Source: the human T2T-CHM13v2.0 reference genome, Homo sapiens
Reading direction: 5' to 3' (one strand)
DNA: 64,000 nt
NCBI RefSeq assembly: GCF_009914755.1
Contig: NC_060933.1
The notes under the pieces are model-generated. The model was not told where the DNA came from and searched no databases. It saw only the letters and a list, made by a program, of their open reading frames with translations. The position numbers and the translations under genes were made by a program. Position 1 is the first letter of the stretch. The number at the start of each line of letters is the position of its first letter. This document shows positions 15,089-24,737 of this stretch, piece after piece.

Positions 15089-18000
15089 CCTCTAATCCAA
15101 TGGCCTTCCCCACCTTTCTCTTGGCTACCTTCCATGCCTGTCTTTAGATTTACCTTCAATGTCACCTTCTCCAAGAAGCTTTCCTTAAACCCAGCATTGT
15201 GCTGTGATCCTCTTCTATGCTTGCCATGTCATATAATAAGTTTCTATGTGTGCCTATCTCCTTATTCTGAGTGTCAGCTTGTCAATGGACGTGACTGTAT
15301 CATATTCACATGGGTACACCCACACATAGCACACCCTCAGGAAATGCCTCTGGAACTCTTTTTATACCCCCCAGCACCTGTTCAGGATTATGGACATAAG
15401 TTTTAGTCTTTGCAAAACTCACTTCAATGTTTGTTACAGAAGGATGCTCCACATCAGTGAAACTAACTGGCAGGTAAGAAGTGACATGGATTAAAACCCA
15501 AAGGCTGGCATTTTTCCTAAAAGAAATGTCTATGACAAAGACCTCAAATCTCACTGAAATTGTTCCTCATTTTGATGCTTAGTAACATCTAATCAGGGAT
15601 AAAATATACAATCAGATTTAGTTGTGGTATTAACCCCATTCTGGTATCCAAGAACCCGTAAATATCCTATAGCACTTCTAAAATTTAAATAAAAGATAAA
15701 CTTGTAAGGACACATACTGATAACCAGAGAACATAAAGTTGTCTATAATAGCATTTTATTTTTTATTACAGATTGAAGATGTCCTTGACAACATTGTGTA
15801 GATGCTATCTGTGTGCTTAAGGAGAACATGCTATAGATAATTATAGTATATACCAGCACCATTGAGAGTAGCTGTCTTTGATCAACTTTATAAAATTGAA
15901 CTCTTAGAACAACAAAATCAGTAAAGTATTGTTTTGGTGAATACCGTATCAAAAACCATAGACATTTGATTTTATTATGGAACCCATGCTCCTGAAATAA
16001 GTGGAGAAAACACTTTCTGCATCTCAGCAGCCCTTCGGGATTCTCTTGCATGCATATTACACAGGGTTTGAAGGTAGCCCTCCAAAATATTAGCTGAAAG
16101 CTTCCTCGGAAAGCAAATCTTTCCCACATCCTTCCCTGCAGTTCCTCTTTAAGAGGTGTCAGCATGGCTGAAAGAATGAAGTGGCTGCACATTGTTTGGC
16201 TGTGCTATTATGTGCTTAACATTTCCATAACAAAAGTGCCACTCGACTTCTCCCCGATTAATGCAGCTCGAGGGCTCTTGTCGTCCTTTAATAAAACATT
16301 GTTGAAATCATTTATTTAGAGCCCCTGGTTACTAGTGGGAGAATGACCATCTTTGTGCCAAAATATAGTGTATACAGTCCACTATTTTGTAGTAGATCAT
16401 TCTGTTATTTAAGAAATTGATTAAATTGATGCTTAGAAGGAAGGTATTTATGCTAATAGCACATGACTTATGTCATTCAGATAGTCAAGGGTGAACCTTT
16501 TCCACTGTCTTCCAGAGGCAATCTCTCAAATAGACTACAGTAAAGTCCAACTTTACTTCACTCACAAGGCAACGAGACCCACTGGAAACTCAACCCTCCT
16601 TAACTACATTGGCCACAAGGCATTTGCAACCTGATGCCCTCCCACAACCTTGCTTTGAGTAGCTGGGAGAAACAGGGTCAATTGGCAAGAGTTCTGATGT
16701 CCCTTGGTGTAAGAGGTCAAAACACAAATAACGCAGGCTTTTCTTTTTATGGGTTGAAAAGAGATACATGAGGTTATTTTGTTAGAGAGCCTCCACAATG
16801 AACTCAACAAGCTAACAATGCAAAGCCAAAGTTTAAAAGTAGACAAAATTTTAATACAATGTTTGAGGTTTCTGAAAGTCCTCATTGTATTTTGGGGATC
16901 TATTTTTATTTGATTCTCTGTAACATTGCTGGGATGGGGTGAGGGTGTCAATACAGATGGTGGCAAGGAACAGAGAAAGCTCACTCCCATGAGGGTTCTC
17001 CTGACTCTTCAAGGCAGAGAGATGGAAAGATTCTGTCTTCACTCACAGGGACCCCATCTGGAGAATGGCGGTGCACCCTAGATGTGTTAGAGCCTGGTGG
17101 TCCCTTAAATTTGTGGCAGTCAGGGCCAGGAGCTGTGTCCATCCTTCTAGACATTTGAAGCGTTGCTGTCCAAGTACAGAGAAGTCCTGCTACTTAGTAG
17201 AAGAACTTATTTCCCTACAGACACGTTTCCACTTTACATACGTGTATTGCTCACGTACATAGCTATATATTGTTTAAAATAAACAGGGACCTTATGTTAT
17301 GTCCATTGTGATTATATACAAAAGCGTTGCTGTGTGCTCGGGTGAGCAGTGAAGCCTGAACCTCCTTCTATTTACTGTATGGTCACTGTCAGTTCAATGA
17401 ACTGCCTCCTTGTTCTCGACCATTGTCCCACACTCCCTTAAACATTTGTCACTGAAGTGCCTCCAAAGACAAATAAACTGTCACTGAGAATTCAAACCTG
17501 CTAACTGGGGAAATGGGAAAGGCCGTGAGGACTCATGATTTTACATGAAATCTAGAAGGAGTTCCTCTCACTCTGGCAGAGTTCTGTTAGAAGGGTGATG
17601 CTTTTTGAGAATCCCCAGGAAAAGCCAGAGATACCTTTTCTTTCATTAATGGGACTTCCAGCCATTCTCCATGGGACATTTGAGATGGCCAAATGTCCAA
17701 AATTCCAAAAGGCTCCCCAGAGAGCGTGAGATATTACAGATGTCAACATCTGTAAAAATCCTTTCTGCTTAGAAGCAGATGGCAATATGCAATCTCATAA
17801 CCACTAGCCAAAGGGTTCTAACATCTCAACAACCTCCGCTAGGTCTGTAGGGGTACCAGAGGACTCCTGGGCTCCAGTGTATAATTGTTTAAATTAAAAT
17901 GGACCACCAATCAATGTTCACTTTCTTTAAGGAAGAAAACATAAAGCCTCGTGTCCTCTCTCCCCAAGAGCGAGTTGTGTTGATTTATTCCAGGCAGATG

Positions 18001-19594
18001 CTTTTGACAGGACCCTGTAAAATCAAGTTGTGAGTTTATTGTAGCAGTTAATTATCAGGCCTTTTCTAGTGCTAATGCCTTTTACTTCTTACTGGGGAAA
18101 ACTGGGCCTTTTACTGGGACAAAGACTTAACTTTTAGTCAAGCATGTGTTAAAATAACATGAGATGGAGATGATTTAAATATATTTAAGGACAAACGCAG
18201 GAGCACTGCTAACTTGTCGTTTTGTAAAGAAAGCTGATTTCATTTACAAGTCTCTGGGAATACTCTTTGTTCGCTTCCCAAAGAAACAACGCTCTCAGCT
18301 TTGTTTTAACAATATGTTTACTCAACCATTCAGGTGACTGGAGATTCCAACCACACACCACTCTCCTGGGCTTAAGTCTGACACTACAGCTATCTTAGAC
18401 TTTCTAATACTATACATATAGAAATCGTGGTTTTAGGTGCACCAAGAAGTGTCTTGAATACCTCCATAAAAGCTGGGAAAAGAGCGAGTTAGAAGCACAA
18501 GAAACCTTGAAAAGTAGGGGGGTGGGAGTGGGTATGAGGAAGTCAGAATGGGGGCATAGCTTCGTTAATTACTTTAGGCAGCAGAGAAATCTGGTTATGT
18601 TTTTTCAGCACATGTTAATATCAAATAAAGAGACACCAGATCTTGCTAATCTGTCGACCCCTCAGACAAAGTTTATTTGTGGTGACTTTTAAACTCCCGA
18701 CTTGCCTTCCAATCACCGCGTTTAAAATGAAAAGCTTTAAACAAACACCAGGAATAGAAGATAAATAAACTTTTTTTCCCCCTTGCAAGTGCCTAGCTTG
18801 GCGAGGTTCAGGCTCAAATCCCTAGAGGACAGAGCGCTCTCTTTTGTGTTAATGTTTAAAAGATTTTCCAATGCCGGAGTTTATTCCTACTGCAAACATT
18901 TCTATTTACAAGGTCAAGTGTATCAGCACTCGACACAGCTTAAGAGTGTAATTATTTATCTAAGGGCGTTTGAGTGTAGATCAGTAGCTCTGGCAGGAAC
19001 CCAGCCTTCAGCCACTGCTAAACAACTCCTCACAACAATATTACAAGTTCTGGTGATTGTTCCTTTCCCCTGTGTGTTTACTTTTGCTGGTCTGAATGTT
19101 TTGCAACAAAATTTTGTACTTTTTCACCAAAAGTGTGAAAATGACTTTGAAGTATTGAGCTTGCAAGCTTCCTAAAACCTATTGGTAACAGATGTTATTG
19201 GCATGTTTGATTGAGAATGGCTAGTAGCCAGAGAGGATACTCTTGGGGGTAAGGGGTGATGGGAAGGGGGATACAAAGAGGGGAGGTCTCAGGGGAAAAG
19301 GGGGAGGCGGGGCAACATGTCTGAGTTATCCTCAAATTATGTACAGGAGACACTATTTTGTGAATTCTCTCCACAAATGCAAACACCAATAGAAGCCAGT
19401 CAATTACATATTTTTGGCTGCCTCATTTACAGATGTCTAATTGTTCATTAAATTAAAGGCAGAAATAATTTCTTGTCTTGTACTGTATTTTCATTTCAGT
19501 TGATGGTTGATAGATTCTCAGTGCCCCCTCAACCCCCCTCCTCACCCATTATTGGGTTAACCACAATGTAACTCTGGAAAGTAACTACACCATA

Positions 19595-20974
19595 TTCATT
19601 GTTTAAAACTCTTTACTGATGTACATGTTTTAATAAAACAAATAACCAAAAAAAATACACAAATCCATAGTTATTTAAAAACTTAGGATTTTTAAAAAAC
19701 ATGTCTATAAAAATACAACGTTTAAGGCAGTTTGGAAATGCATTTGTACATTTCTACAACGTCCATAAATTCTCTTGAAAATAAGAATGTTAACTTCAAT
19801 TCTATAAAATACACTGTACATTTTAAGACTGTTCTAAATATAGCACACTTCACAATGGACTGTGGGTTTTGATTCCTGATGACAAATGGATTCTATACAT
19901 TTCAGGGGGGAAAGGTGTAATATGGATGTGAGTTTAAAACTTTTAATTTCTTTTTAAAAATAAATTATTTCTGAAGCATACAATTTATAAAAATTCTATA
20001 TACAAAGTACAGCAACTGGTAACAAACCCCAGTTTTAATACATTTTATATACGATGTACCAGGGTTTAGCAACCCTGATAGGAGCAGAGGCAATATACAT
20101 TCTCCGCATATTTAAACATAAAATTTCTTGATGTAAAGAACAAAAATGACAAAAAAACAAACATCATAAAGAGACTTTCATACATGGCAGTGCAGAGCTT
20201 TTTTAAATAAAAAGTTGCATTGTTCAACACCATGGCAACCCCTTAGATCAGCATTTTTGGACCCTTAATCCTAAGAAATGTGCTAAGAGATCAGAGTGGT
20301 AGCAATGAAATTAAGGTCAAGGGCTCAAACTTATCCAAAACCAATTTAGGGGTTCCCTCTAAGGCAATCGCCACCCACCCTCACCCCCACGTCACTGAGA
20401 ATTCTGGGCGCAGATACAAACAGTGAAAGAATGAATCGGTAAGTGGGACTTTTCTGTTTACATAGGATTATAATATCCTCACTGGCCACAATCTGTAAAA
20501 GTCGATACTGGCACTTTTTTTTGCCCCCTCAAAGGAAATATGCTAATAGACAGCCCCTTTGCAAATATAATTCCTCCTTCCCAACCCTTCAAATTGCTAA
20601 GGCCCCACTGGTCAGCACCTTCCCTTTCGAGTCCAGGACTACTGTTCTGTCCCCCACATGCTTGCTTCCTCCCGGACGTCCTGAACACTGCAGCTAGCTT
20701 TCTGGACGGCAGACGAGTTGGGAGTTTCTGGAGCTTGGAATTGGGGCGGGGGAGGAGGTCCAAGAAGTCAAGCTCCGGAGAGGAGCTTCAGGGGAAGTGC
20801 CCAGAGTCGTGGCCGGGGAACCGGCTACACCAAGTTGACTTGGAAAAAGTTTTGGGAAGTATCCCCAACCATCCCTTCTATCTGTCCCAAGCCACAGGTG
20901 CCCGGCGCGGGGTCGAGGCGAGCACGGGAGTGGGACGCGGGCTCTCCCGCAGCCAACGGCGGGGGGCGCGAGGG
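19595..20974 (-). other. GAS1: GAS1 3' UTR
   Basis: AU-rich, repeat-free sequence after the stop codon, with multiple UGUA elements, ending at variant poly(A) signals; 3' end approximate. Confidence 0.75.
19612..19634 (-). terminator. Polyadenylation signals (ATTAAA and AGTAAA)
   Basis: Minus-strand ATTAAA at 19634-19629 and AGTAAA at 19617-19612, with TGTACA between them and GT-rich sequence further downstream. Confidence 0.6.
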
Positions 20975-22012
20975 CTAAAAGAGCGGCCCAAGCAGCAGCA
21001 GCAAGATGGAGGCGAGTGGGGTCCAGGCGCCCCGGGGCGCCAAGCGGCCGCCGCCGCCGCTGCTCCTGCGCCCAGGCCCATAGGGCAGGTCCCCGCGGCC
21101 GCCCGATGCAGCAGCGCCGCTGCCCGGGCGCGGTGGGTGCGGGACGCCGTCGTCGTCGTCCAGCGGCTGCTCACCACCCGCGCCCCCGGTGCGCTGCTCG
21201 TCATCGTAGTCCTCATCGTAGTAGTCGTCCAGGCCCCCGTCCGAGCCGCTGCTGCCGGGGCCGTTGCCCAGCTCGGCGCCGAAGCACAGGCGGGCCATGT
21301 TCTCCTTGACCGACTCGCAGATGGGCCGCTCGAGGCCGTCGCACACGCAGTCGTTGAGCAGCGCCGCCTTGGGCATAGCCAGCATGTCCTCAATGACGGT
21401 GCGGCATTCGTCCGTGCAGCGCAGCCCGTTGAAGACTTTGCCGCAGTAGGTCAGGTAGCGGCTCAGCGCCAGGTTGCAGCGGCTGTCGCGGTCGCAGCGC
21501 CGCCGGGCCTCGGTGCAGCCCATGACCCCGCCCGCGCCGGGGCCGCCCGCGCCGCCGCCGCTCGTCCGGGGCAGGCACGGCTCAATGGCGCGCTTGGTGG
21601 ACTTGCAGTTCTCGTCCTGCGCGCAGTCACAGTCCTCCAGGGCGGGCCCGCGGCGCGTGTGGTTGAGCTGAATGAGGGCCGAGATGCAGTGACTCGGGCA
21701 GCGCCAGCGCGACGAGAAAGAGGCGGCCGAGGCCGGGAAAGCGGCGGCGGCGGCCCCGGGCGCGTCGCCCCCGCCGTGCTGCGCCAGCACCGGCGCGCAC
21801 GCCTCGGCGTACTGGTTGTAGGCGTAGCTGCACTCCGGCTCCCCCTGGCACTGCAGCAGCGCCTGCCAGCAGATGAGGCGGCGGCCGTGCGCCAGCCCCG
21901 ATCCCCGCGGCGCCGAGCCCAGCAGCTGCAGCAGCGCCATCAGGCACAGCCAGGCGCCCGGCACTGTCCCCCCGCGGGCCTCGCCGCCGCCGCCCAGCAG
22001 CGCGGCCACCAT
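20975..22012 (-). CDS. GAS1: Growth arrest-specific protein 1 (GPI-anchored GFRalpha-like Hedgehog co-receptor), 345 aa, single exon
   Basis: ATG at 22012 in strong context (gcgATGg) to TAG at 20977-20975. MVAALLGGGGEARGG...ILLLLLGPLF is recognisable as human GAS1: signal peptide, two Cys-rich GDNF-receptor-like domains, NHT sequon, acidic linker, RGD, hydrophobic GPI signal. It is the C-terminal 345 aa of the 568-aa ORF in the track. Confidence 0.98.
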   Translation of the reverse strand: MVAALLGGGGEARGGTVPGAWLCLMALLQLLGSAPRGSGLAHGRRLICWQALLQCQGEPECSYAYNQYAEACAPVLAQHGGGDAPGAAAAAFPASAASFSSRWRCPSHCISALIQLNHTRRGPALEDCDCAQDENCKSTKRAIEPCLPRTSGGGAGGPGAGGVMGCTEARRRCDRDSRCNLALSRYLTYCGKVFNGLRCTDECRTVIEDMLAMPKAALLNDCVCDGLERPICESVKENMARLCFGAELGNGPGSSGSDGGLDDYYDEDYDDEQRTGGAGGEQPLDDDDGVPHPPRPGSGAAASGGRGDLPYGPGRRSSGGGGRLAPRGAWTPLASILLLLLGPLF

Positions 22013-22740
22013 CGCGGGCAGCGGCGGCCGCCGGGAGAGGAGGGGAAAGGAGACGAGGCGCGGGGAGCGGCGGACGCGGAGCCGGTGGAAAAGTTTGTCC
22101 AAGTCCTGCCCACTTCTTGCATGAGTGTCTTCATAAATCCATGCGCGCCGCTGGCTCATGCCCCGCTGGTGGCAGAAGGTCCCCTTTCGCTCTGGCTGCG
22201 GTGGCTTCCTGGAAATGAACAGCTGTCGAGATCTGGTCCCGCTCTCCCACCCGAGAGCCCTCCGCTCGGCCCCCGGTGGTGGCGGGAGAGGCTCACTGTC
22301 GCCCCGGGGGGGTGCGGGCCGCGGGGCCGTGGCGGGGCTGCAGGACCGCGCGGCGCGGCGGGTGCATTTTGCTCCGCGCCTGCAGATCCGTTGTGCGGCC
22401 GGCTGTCCCCGTGCCGGCTGCTCGCGCTGCGGCCGCGGCGGCTCCTTCCTCCTGGGCTCAGTGCCTCGCCGCCGCCACCGCCGCCGCGGTCTCTCGCATC
22501 GCGCCGCTTCCTGGCCCGGCGTCCGCGCGCTGCCCGCCTTCCCGCGGCCCGGCCGCCCCGCGTCCCCTCCCCCTCCGCCCGCGGCAACCCCGGCCTCCGC
22601 AGAGCTCCGGGGAGCTCTTTCCGGGAAGCGCGGGGAGAACAAGAAAGTCGGCGCTGCCGGAGAGCGGCTCCTTGGCTTCACTCGGCGGCAGCTTCTCGGG
22701 TGACCAAGAGCCCGGGGAGCGGATCCGCTGAGCCCGGCTG
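22013..22740 (-). other. GAS1: GAS1 5' leader (GC-rich, six upstream AUGs)
   Basis: Lies between the TATA-like box and the main ATG; TSS inferred ~25-30 nt downstream of TATTTAAA. uAUGs at 22499, 22367, 22159, 22142, 22134, 22122. Confidence 0.7.
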
Positions 22741-22761
22741 CAGACTCGTTAGCAGCGAGGC

Positions 22762-22769
22762 TTTAAATA
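22762..22769 (-). promoter_or_regulatory. TATA-like box of GAS1 (TATTTAAA)
   Basis: Isolated AT-rich motif gTATTTAAAg on the minus strand inside very GC-rich sequence upstream of the CDS. Confidence 0.65.
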
Positions 22770-23070
22770 CAAAAGTGGGCCGGGAGCCCCCGCGTGGTGC
22801 CGCGGTGCCCCCTCATTATGCATGCATGGAAAAGCAAACAAACAAAAACATTAGCAACGCTCCTCCGGCTCGCCGAGCCCCGGCCCCGCGCGCTCCGAGC
22901 CTGCCCGCTTTCTCCTTTCTCCACTCTCTTTCGCCCTTTGCTCGGCCCCCTTTCCCGGCTTTTCGAGATGCTATTGGTCCTGCCTGTTGTTGTTGAAAGT
23001 TTTTTTTTTTTTTTTTACGAGCCGCTGGAGTGGGGTTGCGGAGTGGGGGAGGGCGGGAGGGTGGTGGGCA
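22770..23070 (-). promoter_or_regulatory. GAS1 proximal promoter motifs
   Basis: CACGCG (22791-22796), POU-like ATGCATAAT (~22815-22823), tandem forkhead-like RYAAACA (~22834-22850), CCAAT (22973-22977), G-rich SP/KLF/WT1-type tract (23031-23068). Motif matches only. Confidence 0.5.
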
Positions 23071-23699
23071 GCTCACATTCAGGCATTCAGGGCTTGAAAG
23101 GAACGGCTTAGGGAGCCTGACGGAGGCCCGGAGCTCCTCCTACTCTTAAGGAGGCTCGGATATGCAGCCCCAGCTCGCGCACAGAACCAGCGGGCAGGGC
23201 TTAGGGGCAGCTGTTTGCATCCGGCTCAGCCACGGGCCTTTTTTGTTTGTTTTTTTTTTTCTTTTTTTTTTTTTTTTGTAGTTTTATTAATTCTCGCTGG
23301 CCCCCATCTGTGCTTTCGACTGGATTCAGAACTCAGTTTATCTTCCAGGCTCCCTGTCTTTGGGTCTTGATCACCACAGAGGGGAAGGGGAGAATCCAGA
23401 GATAAAATGTGAGACTGAAACTGTTTTAAAGAAGCATACAAGAAAGAAGCACACACTTTATTAGGGAGATGTTGATGAGATGCTTACAACCCGCCCGCCA
23501 CCCCCCAGCCCCAGCTAGGCCATCTGGCAGGTACCGCCCGTGCACCAGGCATCGTTTTCAAATTGCAAGACCGAAATCCAATCAACCGAAATAATTTCTT
23601 AGGAAGATAAGCTTGCAACACGTGCAATAATGAAAAAATTTAACTAGCATTAAAAATATTCAGGAATGTCGAGCAATTACCACCTGGCCGCAGTCACAG

Positions 23700-24250
23700 G
23701 ACAGAAGACGGAATAAATGGGCACGCACCAAAGGTTTATATTAAAGTGTAAGTTTCAGCCCCTCAGTATATTTAAGGGAGGCTGCTCTGCAGAGGAAACC
23801 TCTGCCTTCTCGGCGAGGGAGTTTCCGAGCTACCTTAACTGGGGCGCAACGCAGCCTTCCGCCACCAGAGGCAGCGGGCGTCTGCGGCCTGTCAAAAACT
23901 GGCGCTTTTTTCCTCCCCTTTCCGTGGAGAGACTATCAACTCCATCTGTCACAAAAATTAAGGCTAAATCTCCTCTCCAGAAGCAGAGGGAGCCGGGGCT
24001 CCGACGCGCTCAGCGTCGGGCTGTCCGCCTCTCCCTAGAGGCCAAGTGAATTTGAAATGGCAAAAGTCACAGCCGGAGGCCCAGCACTAGGAGATTCCTC
24101 CGGCTGCGGGAAATCTTCCTGTACCTGCTGAAGCTGCTGCGTTCCTCAGAGGCGCTTGGTCTGCCGTGGGAAGCTGCACCTCTGCAGTCCCCAAAACCAA
24201 AATCAAACCTTAAAAGAGCCAGACTGAGGTAAGGCGGACCGTCTTGCTCT
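23700..24250 (+). promoter_or_regulatory. Second CpG-rich segment, candidate divergent lncRNA promoter/first exon
   Basis: Local CpG enrichment, TATATTTAA at 23767-23775, donor GAG|GTAAGG at 24228/24229. Confidence 0.55.
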
Positions 24251-24599
24251 GATTTGAGTATTGGTAGACAAACAGCAATATAAATCGATACTAAAAAAAT
24301 CCAGAAAGGCTGCAACTTCATGGCACATCAAAACAACCATATCCCTGGCTCTCTGTCTCTTTTTTTTTCTCTATTATTTGGAGTTGTCCTCTCAGTCCGG
24401 CCTGGAGGACTTGGACAACTCAGACACCTTCTCTGTGTCTGGGATCCCTCCACAGGTAAGGTTCGAAGCCAATTAGACAATTGAAAAATCCCCTCTTGTC
24501 TTTAAAGCTTTGTTATTTTAGGCCCATAAGGAACAAAGTCAGCACTCGGTTTCATCTTTACTTGAATTTTTGTTGAGTTCCTTTAGAATAGTGGGACCC

Positions 24600-24737
24600 A
24601 AACCTTAGCACGTATCCTAAAACTCAGATCCCTAGTTTTTGGAGTTTCTGATTTAGTTGGACTGGTGGGTCCCAAGAATATGCATTTCTAACAAGTTCTC
24701 AGGGAATGCTGCTCTCAAACTTTGAGAATCACTGCTC
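24600..24737. mobile_element. MER5A-like DNA transposon
   Basis: 'tttctgatttagttgga...cccaagaatatgcatttctaacaagttctcagg...actttgagaatcactg'. Confidence 0.75.

Larger units (their letters stand above)
20880..23230. promoter_or_regulatory. CpG island covering the GAS1 CDS, leader and promoter
   Basis: Very high GC and dense CpG compared with CpG-depleted flanks. Confidence 0.93.

Noticed and set aside
22160-22681. Full 568-aa version of GAS1 starting at GTG 22681
   Set aside because: Non-AUG start; an open frame of ~200 codons is plausible by chance at this GC content. Only the AUG-initiated 49-aa extension is kept as a finding.
20540-22996. 818-aa antisense ORF spanning GAS1
   Set aside because: Its codons are in exact register with GAS1 codons (offset 435 nt). 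Antisense stops need TTA/CTA/TCA sense codons, which this GC3-rich gene and CpG island lack. The product is low-complexity Ala/Arg/Pro with no domain. Plus-strand transcripts with Ribo-seq signal would be needed to reopen it.
23861-23875. CTCF-like GCCACCAGAGGCAGC
   Set aside because: Two mismatches in the core GGC part of the consensus; not supportable without ChIP data.
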